From: Octopus vulgaris
Taxonomy: Eukaryota
Direction: 5' to 3'
DNA length: 64,000 nt
NCBI GenBank assembly: GCA_951406725.2
Contig: OX597822.1
Coordinates: forward strand, 21,266,001 to 21,330,000
Shown here: in pieces, positions 12,732 through 24,921 of the stretch
How positions within the stretch are numbered: the stretch's first letter is position 1
Layout of the letters: every line of letters starts with the position of its first letter
Position numbers and translations under genes: made by a program
Notes under the pieces: model-generated
Database searches by the model: none
Told to the model about the DNA's origin: nothing
The model's input: only the letters and a program-made list of their open reading frames with translations

Positions 12732-13249
12732 TCATAAATCTTCGTGTATAATCAGCATTTTCCCCCAAAATTTTAAGGTCAAAATCACTAGTGCATACTA
12801 TATACGAGGTTAAAAATGAAAAATATCTTCTAAGCAATGTCCGAGTCTCTATTTGCTGTCTGGCAATATTTATTCAGACGCATTTTGTGATGTCAGACAC
12901 GAAAATATCTTAAGCTAAGCCTGAAAGCAATGAAGTCATAAAAGAATCATCCATAACTTGAGTAAGCAACATTTATTAAAATAAAAGTATTCAGAACACA
13001 AAATAACACATAACAAAAGCAATTTGCAAACATTTACATTCCTATATAACAGTTAAGAACATCACCATTATCGTATTAGGCATGCGCGGAAGTGTTTGTT
13101 CAGCTAGGTGCAGCTGGCTTAATCTACATATGACTCAAGTTAGAGAAGGGGTGCGTATTATACACAAGGTTTAGGTTTTCAAAAGTACAGCCCCCTAAAA
13201 ATCCCCTGCATATTATACTCAAGGGTGGTCTATACTTGAGCATTTACGG
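12732..13249. mobile_element. Tc2/pogo-like (TcMar) non-autonomous DNA transposon
   Basis: Right end TATACTTGAGCATTTACGG|TA. Left end TA|TCATAAATCTTCGTGTATA is a decayed CCGTAAAT..CGAGTATA. Subterminal gtgc(g/a)ta(c/t)tata repeats. Confidence 0.7.
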
Positions 13250-14119
13250 TATATATAGATGTACATAGCTGTATGGGTATGAAGTTTATGTTGTAACAAC
13301 ACCGTCTTGAGTTCTATCTCACAATGTGGCACCTTGAGCAAATATCTTCTACTGTTGTCTTGGGCTGAATAATGATGACAATGAATATTACAAGCTAAAA
13401 TATCAAATATTTAGACAAAAGTTCCCTTATAATCAAGTGGAATGGCTTAAAGATCAGCTCTATATATTACATGGAACAGAAAATGTGGTCAGTACTTCTG
13501 CTTTTTAAATTTTCTTTAAATGTTTGCTTAAATGCTGAACATCTTCTTGTGAATCTTATAGTAAAGTAAACAAGTCAGATGTTAAATGCTAATGAAGATG
13601 AACACATAATGGTGATCTCCAAGATGACAGATCCGACAAGTTCTAGCAGATGATTTCAATGATTTCCATTACAGATGCTTGAAGTAAAAATAAAGTTCAT
13701 TGGCTGTACTCTCCCACCCTTTCTTTTATGACTAAAATATAAAAATGCTATATAAACAGTCATAAAAAACACACGTTCATACATATATACACAAATATCT
13801 ATATTCAACCACCTACCTATCTATCTGTAGTGTGTCTGCCTGGATAGATTAACAGATAGATCGACAGACAGACACACACACACAATAAGAGAAACCAAAT
13901 GGTTTTACGAGGAATTGTGAGGACAGTTGTTGAAGTACACTATTAATCTTGGGCTACAGATTTGGCAGTATTGAAAAACTTCATCCATTTTTGAAAAACT
14001 AGGAGAAAGTCTGAGGTAAGCACCAGATCATCAGAGTCAAGATAAATTTTAAGAGGTATTTGTGAGAACTTGGAATACGTTCAGCTATTACACACACACG
14101 CAAATATATATATATATAT

Positions 14120-14328
14120 AAAGTTAATCCAAACAAGAAAACAAAAGCAAAAAAACAACGCAAGGACGTGGAACAAATAAAGTATTATTGGACGCTCAGG
14201 AAAGAAGGGAAGAAGGAGGGTTTGACGTTTCAAGCGGAGCTCTTTGTCGGAAACATAGGAGAAGGAAAGATCCCGAGAAGGGAAGACAGGGGAAAAAAAT
14301 CGCTAGTGATACAGACGAGGTCACATAC
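14120..14328 (-). mobile_element. Penelope-terminus-like repeat with minimal hammerhead (~14219-14254); second copy at 59862-60070
   Basis: Both copies share aaagttaatccaaacaagaaa..ggacgtggaacaaata..gtattattggacgctcaggaaag. Minus strand reads GTTT-CCGACAA-AGAGC TCC GCTT-GAAA-CG-TC-AAAC. Confidence 0.7.
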
Positions 14329-14904
14329 TAAAATATATATATATTTATTATGCATATCAGTACATTCACATATAGCAGATTACCTTGTGCACACACCTAC
14401 TAATGCATTTACATAGGCAAGTTTACTGACTTACATGATTTACACACACTCTGTGTTAATGGTGATGAGTCATACCTCCTTTGACACTTCTATCAATTTT
14501 AGCACTCTGGTTCAGTGTTAACAGCACTTCAGTGTTATTTGATTACTTGTATCTGTCTTATTTTTACCAACTTTTTGGGTCAGTCCAAGTTAGTACTGAT
14601 TGGAGAGATTTATCATCAAAAAGAATTCTGGCCATAACCATCTCATCTTCTGTTTTATTCAATATAGATCAAGGTGCTATATTGTCTGATATATCTGGCT
14701 TGTAAGACTGTGAGGAATTGATGGGGGATTTAGCTGTTATTTCTAACAGGGTGGGTGATTATACTCAGCTTTCTTCTTCATTAGTTCATTCTCTATTAAG
14801 GTAATTGCTCCAGAATGGTGGAGTGGGGAGGAGTAAACTCATGTTGAATAAAATCTGATATGGCTTCACTGCCAAGCTGAAGTTACATTTTACTTTATTT
14901 CCAT

Positions 14905-15270
14905 ATAAAGGCCACTCTTGTTTGCTCATTTATTTATAAAAGAAAGCCACTTTTGTGTGATCTCTTTATTTACAACAGAAGGCTCTTCAGTGTACACTCT
15001 CTATTTGCAGTAGAGGCTCACTCTTATGTGCTGCCTTTATATGCAATTGAAAACTACTACAGTATATACTTTTTCTATCTGCAAGAGAAACTTACTTCAC
15101 AGTACTCTTTATTTGCAGCAGAAGATTACTCCAGTATATTCTATTTACAACAAGAAGCCACTCTGTTATACTCTCTTTTTTTTTATTTGTAACAAAAATC
15201 CACCCGAGTGTACTCCATTTATTTGCAACAAAAGGTCAATAGCATACTTTCCTTTACTTCAGTGAAAAAC
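14905..15270. repeat. Degenerate minisatellite, ~10 units of ~32-42 bp
   Basis: T(T/C)TATTT(G/A)CAACAGAAG..CAC-like motif recurs at about 14930, 14966, 15000, 15037, 15075, 15108, 15140, 15182 and 15218. Confidence 0.7.
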
Positions 15271-16739
15271 TGTCTCTACATGGTTGTGTAACCTGCTATA
15301 TATATATATATGTAGCAGCTAGAACGCCCTATAATCATATTCTACACTGTCACAAAAGCTAAGGATACCTTGTAAAATTTAGTTTCAAATGCACTAAATC
15401 TGAATGAAAGACATAGTGGTCATGGATGGAATATCTTTGATCAGTGAACTGCTTAATCACAACTGGCCTGAAAATAAACAGCAACTCTGCTATTTATAGA
15501 ATTTTTTTTTACCCTATGAAGGTTTCATAAATTTTGATCAGAAATATATTTGTTACTTAAAAAAAAAAACAAGAATTTAGAAGTATCCCTTAAGGTACCA
15601 GAATTAGAAATTATTAAGCTGATATTTCACTGCAACCATTGTGTCATGTTTACTGTAAAATGGCTCCCAACTTGATTTTACTGTAGCATACTTAGCTCTA
15701 GGGATAATAAATACTTGTTAAAAAAACATAAATAAATTTACACAATTTTTTTTTCTTGTAAAATTCATAAATTTGTATAAAATCACAAACCATTGTTCCT
15801 AGCTATGTTAGTGTGAGAAAACACAAGAAATTGTAAAAAAAAAAAAGGCAAGAAATTAAAGTAGCCATATGAATACTCTAAATTGTATATTATCATTTTA
15901 TGAAAAGTTCCAATTCTAATTTTTCAGCATGTGTGTTGTATATGTTTGTCTTTTATTACTTTTCATATCTACATATATTTCATATTTCTCTGGATTTGAT
16001 ATGAGATTCATAAATAATAATAAAAAAATTACATAAAAATTCCGAATTTTTTAATGTTTTTGTATGTTTTTTTCTATTCAATTTCATTTTTACATTTTCA
16101 TTTTGGCTGTCTGTGTATTCAGTGAGAAGCATAACATTGTGATTTTGTATGAAATATTTTATCTATCTTCCTCACACGTTTACTTGTATTAATATTCTGT
16201 AGCAGGCATGCTTGTGAGCTGATGAATTTGATTAAGGCTACAGTTTGGTGCTTTGTATATTTATTTATTACATTATATTATCACCACCAACATTTTAAGA
16301 TAAAGACAAACATCCCTACATGAAATGTTAAAGTAAATGATGTACAATATGAATGTTTACAAGGAAGTTAACATTTTTGTTTGTTGTTTTCATCACACTT
16401 CCTGTAGTTTAAAATGTTTCTCTGTATCTGAAAGCAGGGAATGGGATCCTCAGATATGCCAGGTTCTGAATATTTCTGTTTTCTTTTGTTGTTATTACTA
16501 TTTGTAATTTTCAATATTTTTCTCCTTTATTGAATTGTTCAAATGATAATTAAAAAAAAAACAGTATTACTTCCTGGCAGAAATTGTGGAACTTCCCAAT
16601 GTACATATTCATTGTGGTGTTTTATTCAGCATACAACAGAAGTGGCTTTGCTAACAAAGCGAGCACTGTTTGTGTTTGTATGCAAGTTAAATGATACATT
16701 CTCACTGAGAAATAGAAGAATTAGTTGCTGTGATTGTTC

Positions 16740-17335
16740 AGAAATCTGGTTTAGTATTGATAGAACTCTAAGGCTAGCCTTTCTGTTCAGAGCCATTATA
16801 TATTTTAGCCTTCAGCCACAATTAACTCTCTACATATATCAAATGAGACTCACAATGAAATGCTATTCTGACAGGAAATTGCGCTTCCTCAGACATTTTC
16901 CAAGGACACATTAAAATAAAGGCCAGTCAACTGATTGATGTAAAAGCATTCACCAACACATGTTAATCTCTGAGCCACAGATATAGTGATTCTTTCCTCT
17001 TTCTCAGTTCCTTCTATAGTTATTATTGTGGCTTTTACTCATTAGAGCTTGCTAGTCTGGGGCCACCTTGATTTGGGTGCTCATAACTTACTCATCACTC
17101 CTCCTCTTATCCCACATATAATGTTCACATTCTCAGGTCTCACACACTGTGCCTGTGTAAACCTCCTTGCTCAAAAGGTTGGCCCTCGGATTTCCCACTC
17201 TACACATATTTAATTTGTATCTGCAGACTTGCAAATGTTTGAGAGGAACATTGACTTCATTCATCTCATCAATGTTAGGAGGTCTGAGAAGATTTTGAGT
17301 GCAGCCCCTATTTCCAGACTAAATCAATAAAACAT
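16740..17335 (+). pseudogene. CR1/Crack-like LINE, post-RT C-terminal remnant and 3' end
   Basis: RLAFLFRAIIYFSLQPQLTLYIYQMRLTMKCYS resembles 'RLAFLFRARKYFS..LLTLYKAQVRPTMEYCS'. Downstream IKIKASQLID resembles 'IQRKAIRLI'. A-rich end. Confidence 0.6.
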
Positions 17336-18132
17336 ATATAAAAAACTAAACAAAATCAACCATTCTTAGTCAATCAATGTTTGGTGGAGAATCACAACAT
17401 TAATACATTAATGTTTATTCGTATGAGTGTGTGTGTGTGTGTATGAGTGTCTCAATATTTTGACTATTCATTCCAGAATATTAAGTTTTTAATTTATCTT
17501 CATGTATTAAAAGGAGAGTACATCTAATGGAACACCCTAAGGACTATAAGCTATTCATAACATTTACTTTAATAGTTGTGGAATCAAAAATGACTTAGCA
17601 ATGAACTTGGTTGAAATACAGTGTTAGGTTTTATGACTAGCAATTTATTTCCTTAAACCTGTTCAATTTATGCAGAAGAATGTTCAAATTGATATATTTT
17701 TGGTATCAAGATTGGAACTGATTTTTTTTTCTTGTGTGATTCAAATCTTGCTGAAATTGGTTTAGTCTTCCTTTCATCTTTCTTTTTTATGTCTATAAAA
17801 TCAGTTCTTGATCAGTTAGATATAATATATTGAACTGGCTTTATGATTGATATATTGAGAGCTTGTAATAAAACAGCAAGAATTCTTTTGACAGATAGTT
17901 TTACTTAATCTTCAGGAATTTAGAAATGGGTTCATAAAAATATTAAAGGTTTTAACTTTTTTTTTTTTTAGCTGTAGCCATCATGTACTGGTATCACATG
18001 TTTTCCTGTAACTTTGAACTAACATATACATACAAACACATGCACACACACTCACACGCATAACGAATATATTTATATATATATATATATATACATACAC
18101 ACACATACATATCTATTTATTTATCTATATAC

Positions 18133-18330
18133 CACCTGACTGGCCCTCATACCGGTGGCACGTAAAAGCACCCACTACACTCTCGGAGGGGTAGGTGATA
18201 GGAAGGGCATCCAGTTGTAGAAACTCTGCCAGATCAGATTGCAGCCTGGTGCAGCCATCTGGTTCGCCAGTCCTCAGTCAAATCGTCCAATCCATGCTAG
18301 CATGGAAAGCGGATGTTAAACGATGATAAT
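18133..18330 (+). mobile_element. RTE 3'-terminal fragment
   Basis: ggtggcacgtaaaagcacccactacactc..aggaagggcatccagttgtagaaac..catggaaagcggatgttaaacgatgat. Confidence 0.8.
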
Positions 18331-18431
18331 GATATGTATAAATAAAGTAAATATATATAGATATATATACACACATACAATTTCTATCTATCCATCTGTC
18401 TATATATCGATATTTCTATATATATATTTAT

Positions 18432-18745
18432 TGTCATCATCATCATTGTTGTCGTTTAACGTCCGTTTTCCATGCTGGCATGGGTTGGATGGTTTGACTG
18501 GCAAGCTTGGAAGCTGCACCAGGCTCCAGTCTGATTTGACAAGGTTTTTACAGCTGGACGCCCTTCCTAATGCCCATCTCTCTGAGAGTGTAGTGAGTGC
18601 TTTTTAAGTGTCACCAGCATGGGAGCCAGTCAGGTGGTACTGGCATCAACCACGCTCGAATGGAGCTTATTATGTGCCTCCAGCATGAGTGCCAGTCAGG
18701 TGACACTGGCATCGGTCACGCTCAAATGGTGCTTTTTACATGCTG
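18432..18745 (-). mobile_element. RTE 3' UTR fragment with internal repeats
   Basis: Same terminal motif and repeat units as 6741-7262. Confidence 0.8.
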
Positions 18746-18829
18746 TTGTGTGCATACTTGCATATATATATGTGTGTATACGTGCTTATATGTAAGTATT
18801 TGTATGTTGTATATATATATATATATTTG

Positions 18830-19040
18830 TTGTTGTATTTAGGAATGGTCATTTTGCCAATTTAGCCAATAAAAACACACGCACTATATATTTGGTGTTA
18901 ATTTGTTTCAGCTTTATTTATTTTTTACATTAATCTTAATCTTTATTGACTAAACTGGCAAAATGACCGTTCCTAAATACAACATCTGTTTCAACACACG
19001 ATTTCACATCAAGAATCTTGCAAAACAAATATATAAACAT
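18830..19040. mobile_element. MITE-like inverted-repeat element; second copy in reverse orientation at 50567-50842
   Basis: ~40-bp inverted repeat TGTTGTATTTAGGAATGGTCATTTTGCCAATTTAGCCAATA ... TATTGACTAAACTGGCAAAATGACCGTTCCTAAATACAACA, plus a one-sided ~55-bp extension shared by both copies. Confidence 0.8.
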
Positions 19041-19043
19041 GAT

Positions 19044-19322
19044 ATCATCATCATCATCATCATCATCATCGTTTAACGTCCGTTTTCCGCGCTAGCATGG
19101 GTTGGACAGTTCGACCGGGGTCTGGGAAGCCAGGGGCTGCTCCAGGCTCTAGTCTGATCTGGCAGAGTTTCTACGGCTGGATGCCCTTCCTAACGCCAAC
19201 CACTCTGCGAGTGTAGTGGGTGCTTTTTACGTGCCACCTGCACAGGTGCCAGGGGCGGGGTCCGGCATCGGCCACGATCGGTTGGAGCTTTTAACGTGCC
19301 AGCGGCACGGAAGCCAGCCAAT
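19044..19322 (-). mobile_element. RTE 3' UTR fragment, young and CpG-rich
   Basis: (CAT)n-cgtttaacgtccgttttccgcgctagc..ggatgcccttcctaacgccaaccac. Confidence 0.85.
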
Positions 19323-19685
19323 CATCAAAATCTCAAAGCTACAAGATAATTCATGGTTAATTCAAAACAATATGAATGAATAAACATTACATTTAACAGA
19401 ATAATCTGAATGCCAAAGGGTTTAAGCATTTTTTCCTAATGATAAAAATAAAGTAGGATTTTTTAAACACTTAATGACTATGAAGATCCACCCAAGTAAA
19501 ATAGGAATGAAATGGTTGGAAATTGCTGTTCTAAAGTATTATCTAACAACTTCTGATTTAAATGCAGCAATATGGTTATACTACTCCAAGACAGCTACAG
19601 TGGCTGATCTTTTTGTGCGGGAAACAACCTGTAATCCATCAAAGATGGTTCTGCCAGAAAATATATATATAGATATGCGCCCTTT

Positions 19686-19687
<2 letters not shown>

Positions 19688-19717
<30 letters not shown>

Positions 19718-19831
19718 TGTATGTATGTATGTATGTATGTATGTATGTATGTATGTATGTATGTATGTATAATATATGTATGTATGTATATGTATGTATG
19801 TATGTATGTATAATATATATATGTATGTATG

Positions 19832-19874
<43 letters not shown>

Positions 19875-19890
19875 ATATGTATATATATAT
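19688..19890. repeat. (TATG)n/(TA)n compound microsatellite
   Basis: Direct inspection. Confidence 0.95.
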
Positions 19891-22189
19891 TTGTTTTTAT
19901 GTACTATTTTACATGTATTCCACTGATGAGGCAAAGCATTTCTTATGCAAAGCCAGAAATCCGGGATCTGGAACTCACTCACTTTGCACCCTATTTCAAT
20001 CAACTGGTTGTCCAGTTGCTTAAACACCTGGATGCTTATATGTCAAAACTGATACAGGAATTTATCAAGCAAACAGTATTAATGAAAGAGAAAAATTTAA
20101 TTAGTTTAAATCATCATCATGGTTTCAATATCCACTTTTTCATGCTTGATTGAGTTAGATAGGATACTTTGGGAAAAATTTTCAATGGCTGGATGTCCTT
20201 TTTGTTGATTCTCTCCTGTTTCCAAGCAAGGTAATATTTCCACATTGCCAGATGTGTTACAGAAGTTTGAAAATGAATGACACTGCTTGCAGGACAATGA
20301 AATTCATTTACAACTATGACATTGTGTGATAGTTGTAAATGAAGGCAACACTAATGACCTCCATCCAACCACATGCATAGATACACACACTACATTAGTA
20401 TATATGTATACACACATGACAGGCTGACTTGGTTTAGTTTCTATCTACCAAATCTGATAACCATGTTTTGGTCAGTCCAGGGTGATAATAGACATTTGTT
20501 TGTGATGACAGGCAGTGGGATTGAACCCTGAAACCACATAGCTAGGAAAAGAACTTCTTAACTTCACAGCCATACAAGCAGCTACGCAGCCATGCCTGCA
20601 AAAAGCCATTTGGGTTTGCATTGAATAATAATGGATGTGCAGATACAAAAGATGACAATGCTCTACAGGTTGTTATTTGGTGGTGTGGGTAAGCTTGAGA
20701 AGACCTATATAGCACACAGGTTATTGTTCAGGGGATTGCTTACTGTTGTGCTCATCTCTATATGCCAGACATCAGTCTGTTGTATGACAATGGGGTATAC
20801 TTTTTCATAATGTTGTTGCTGTTTAGTTAAGCATGGTCATCCAGATATATATATGATTGACAGCATTCACTCAAAGACCATTCTCTCTTTCCTCTAGGAC
20901 TACCATTGTCTAATATCTTTCTCTTTCTTTTTAAGACTTTAGGACATTATTTGAAGAGGATTTCATTGTTGTTTCTAGGTCTCAGAGTGGCTCAGCAGTG
21001 GAAGTCAGTATGAATATAATATATTTTCATTTTGTTGGTTTTTTTATTGATATATCTTGCTCACATTATGAGAGCAAGATAAATCTTATTCACATATTAC
21101 CAAAGCAGGGAAGACCTACAGATTTAGATAATGGTGATAGTGATGAAGGAAATCTATATTTGAAGCACATAATATAGCATAAAAACTGATGTTTTCATAC
21201 AAAGTTCATAGAAGGTAGTTCTCATAAGATATTGCACATTGTAGAATGTTAGTGGCATTAATTACTATTAGCCAGATTACAGTGGAATATTATGCAATTA
21301 ATGGGTTTACTTGGATGGACTTCAGTCAAATAGGAAAGAAATTATATGACGCAAATGAGTACCACTTAACACATTTAAAAAAAGTTATTGTCAACACCTT
21401 GTAATTAAATCATTTCTTCTCTTATTTTACAAAACGCCTATGTTCAATTATAACACCAAAGCAGCCTCACTTAGAATAATGTTTTAAATGTGTTCCCTTT
21501 ATGAACCCATTTCAGATATTGAACCAGAATTGATTCTAAATTTAACAACATTAGTTAAAACTCTGTTGGGGTGTTAGTGGCAATCCAGTATCTGGTTTAA
21601 CACCTCCACTAGCTCCTAATATGTCTTTAATGTGCAAGCATTTGAACTGGGTCTCTGTTCTAACTTAAACCCAGTGTGTTGATATACTGCTGTAAGCTAT
21701 GAACTGAAGTTTTTTCCTTTCTTATCTATTATTATCAGAGGTACTGCAAAAATCTGTGGGCACTGTCCTTCTAAGACCTAAAAATAAATATGTGAATGTG
21801 TTCATTCTTTAATATGACCTTTGCTACTATTGCTTCATTGCAGATTTATAGTCAAGAATCATTCAAAAACTGTATCAAAATATCTAGTAAGCTCACAAGT
21901 GTTATACATCCATATTTTGATAGATGGTTAATTTAAATGTAATTTCTGCACATTTATCAAAATTAATTGCATGCTTTAATGTCATTTATTCATCCTATGT
22001 CAGCTTTTTTTTTTAACATGTTCATTCTTTGTGGTCATATTGGATTACCATGCTAAGCCCAGTTATATAAATTGATGGTAATTTAACATGTTGGCATCAT
22101 CTGACTTTTAAAGCAAAATGCTAACAATTACTATAACTGGTATTCAAATGAATTTTATTGTTATAATTAGTCAAGATTACAAAGAAGTA

Positions 22190-22557
22190 CTCTTTTATTT
22201 GTTCCAGTCATTTCACTGTGACCATGCTGGAACACTGCCTTTAGTCGAGGAAATCGACTCCAGGGCTTATTCTTTGGAAGCCTAATACTTATTCTATCGG
22301 AGTCTTTCACCGAACTGTTAAGTTACGGGGACATAAACACTCCACCATCGGTTGTCAAGCGATGGGGGACAAACACAGACACACAAACACATACACACAT
22401 ATAACATACATTTACATATATACGATGGGCTTCTTTCAGTTTCCGTCTGCCAAATCCACTCACAAGGCTTTGGTTGGCCCGAGACTATAGTAGAACACAT
22501 TTGCCCAAGGTGCCATGTGGTTGGTAAGCAAGCTACTTACCACACAGCCACTCCTGT
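22190..22557 (-). mobile_element. SINE family A with a small deletion in the head
   Basis: Collinear with 8245-8641. Confidence 0.88.
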
Positions 22558-22639
22558 GAGTATGTTAAATGCAATGGTTCCTCAATGAAATTTATTGTTA
22601 TTTGTTTGTTAGAATATCTTGATTATTATATATTTTTGC

Positions 22640-22955
22640 TAGAGTGATTGAAGACACTGGTTGTGACCAGTATCAACAAGAATTATATATTAAAGTTTGT
22701 GAGTTTCCATCTACAGAAGAGGATACCAATGTTTCTAGACTAAACATTCCTCAGAAAGAGAAAAATGATATTTTTCTTCCCTTTATTTCCCCTTTTAGGA
22801 TTGTTTCTTCCTTTTCCTTATGATATTTTGTTTTTCCAATGTCAGATGAAAGGTTAGTTTTTGAAATAAAGAATCGGTATTCTCTTCTGCTCGTACCATA
22901 TAAATTTGTATGAACATCATTATATTATAATGCTGTTACCTGGCCATAAATGTTT
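22640..22955. mobile_element. Old inverted-pair element with hammerhead remnants
   Basis: cagaagaggatacc (22714) versus ggtattctcttctg (22876). Minus-strand CTGAGGA..GAAA-cattgg-TA at ~22720-22760; plus-strand CAGATGA..GAAA at ~22843-22866. Confidence 0.45.
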
Positions 22956-23479
22956 CCTATGATTAGCTATTCTATTCAAAATAAGATTTCTGCCTAATGT
23001 TACCTACAGAAAAAAATTTCTCAAAATAACACAGAATAACAAATTTTTAATAAGCAACATCAGGGAAGTGGGGAAATATTGATAGAAAATGTAAGAAAAT
23101 ATTATCTAGCATATTTTGAATGTTATGATCATTGAATGACTTTATTGAATCCATTTATTCCTTTTTAGCAGCTGCTTTGTTACAGAGGAAAGTAAAAAAA
23201 TTTAATCTAGTTTGAATTTAACAAGCTTTTAGAATTGGAAAAACTGAACTGCAAGGAAATATATGGCTGTGTGTGATTAAGAACAGTTTTCTTCTCTAAC
23301 ACATAGTTCCTGGTTCAGTCCCACTGTGCAAGAACTTGGGCAAGTGTCTCCTGCTATAGTCTCAAGCTTACGAAGGTAATGTGTGTGGATTTGTAGAAAA
23401 GAAACTGAAAGTAGGCTAACATGCCTATATAATTTAATCCTTTTTTCTTGTTTCAGTCATTTGATTGTAGCCATACTAG

Positions 23480-23525
23480 GTATATATATATATAATACAT
23501 ACAAACATACACATATTTATGTATG

Positions 23526-23605
<80 letters not shown>

Positions 23606-23609
23606 CATG

Positions 23610-23648
<39 letters not shown>

Positions 23649-23760
23649 ATACATGTATGTATATAGATATAGTACTTACAAACACATACATATATATGTA
23701 TGTGTTTGTATATATGTAAATATGTATATACATGTATGTATGTATATGTATATAAATATA
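23480..23760. repeat. (TA)n/(TATG)n compound microsatellite
   Basis: Direct inspection. Confidence 0.95.
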
Positions 23761-23841
23761 ATTGTTAAAGAGGACAACAAACATTAAGGCAAGGCAGACA
23801 TCTCAAGTCGTATACAATATTATTATTGGAAAAAATTCAAA

Positions 23842-23897
23842 GTCTTACAACTGTTTCGGAGATATCCCCGAGTATGGGATATTCTGTCATCAGAGAC
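23842..23897 (-). ncRNA. Minimal type-I hammerhead ribozyme motif
   Basis: GTCT-CTGATGA-cagaATATCCCatactcgGGGATATctcc-GAAA-CAGTTG-TA-AGAC: 4-bp stem I, stem II hairpin, minimal stem III. Confidence 0.75.
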
Positions 23898-23959
23898 AAA
23901 TAAGGAAAAGTAGGAAAAATGAGATTGGTATACATTAACGAGATGATGACATAGAGGAA

Positions 23960-24235
23960 GGTAGTAAAAGAACAAGGAGAATATACTGTATTTTTCTCTT
24001 AATTAGATGGTGTACGTGGCTGGCTAGTGATGTGGAATTGCTATTCTCCTTATATTTAAATGAGTTTAAATGTGCATAATGCCTTTGTTTAAAATTGGTA
24101 CTAGATCCAATGTAGTTGCCACAGGAATTATTTACCATGCTGTGAATGGTGCATCAGTATATGATATTGAATCTTCTGCATTGGGCTTGTAGTAGGCAAT
24201 CCATCCTGGATTTGAAGTTGCAGTTATCAGTTCTA
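23960..24235 (-). pseudogene. Penelope GIY-YIG endonuclease remnant
   Basis: NCNFKSRMDCLLQAQCRRFNIIY*CTIHSMVNNSCGNYIGSSTNFKQRHYAHLNSFK..STSLASHVHHL: Cys linker, NIIY..YIG motif, conserved R..H and 'T.LS.HV..L' of Penelope-like elements. Confidence 0.85.
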
Positions 24236-24865
24236 TGATGGTTAATTGGAGAGTGAGAGGAGGTAGTGCTGATAGTGGCTAGGTGAATTGATTATGACAT
24301 TGCTGTTGTTTCTAGTATCAATGTCAAAGTAAGATTGGACACAAGCCATTACTACTAAATTTCCTCCCCAACAACTTTTGACTTTAAGATTACCACAGAC
24401 ATCTATTACTCTCTCTAAATTCCTTTTATTTTGCTCTATTTTTTACACTATCTTCCTCTACCTCCTCATCCTCTCTCTTCTCAGCTATCCCGTACACAAT
24501 TTTAGACACCATACACATATACACCTTACTTTATCTTATAGCCAATCCATAAAATCCCCCTCCCATCATTCTACCTCACTTTCTATTCATTTTCTTCTCT
24601 TTCCTTTTATCACTTAATAGCCACCTCCACTACCATTCTGCTATTGAACATTGATATGTTTGCGTCTTCTCGGAATGTCTACTGTATCAGGATTTTAACC
24701 CACATTGATTGATGCAGGATTCTATAACTTTGGAAAGTTGAACTATGAACTTTTATGCCTCTCTTTTCTTCTTTCTTTCCATCTCCTTATTCTTTTACTT
24801 CCTTCCTCAATGTCATCACCTCATTGATATATACCATTCTCATTTTCCTAATTTTTTTCCGATTT

Positions 24866-24921
24866 GTGTCTGATGACAGAATATCCCACACTCGAGTATA
24901 TCCCAGAAACAGCTGTAAGAC
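24866..24921 (+). ncRNA. Minimal type-I hammerhead ribozyme motif
   Basis: GTGT-CTGATGA-cagaatatcccacactcgagtatatccca-GAAA-CAGCTG-TA-AGAC. Palindromic stem III; stem II partly decayed. Confidence 0.7.

Noticed and set aside
19474-20153. Long ORFs rich in YI, MYVC or HT repeats (also near 5013-5948, 23383-23787, 25115-25383, 37505-37814, 61928-62365), and poly-L/I/F/N ORFs
   Set aside because: These are stop-free translations of microsatellites, not genes.
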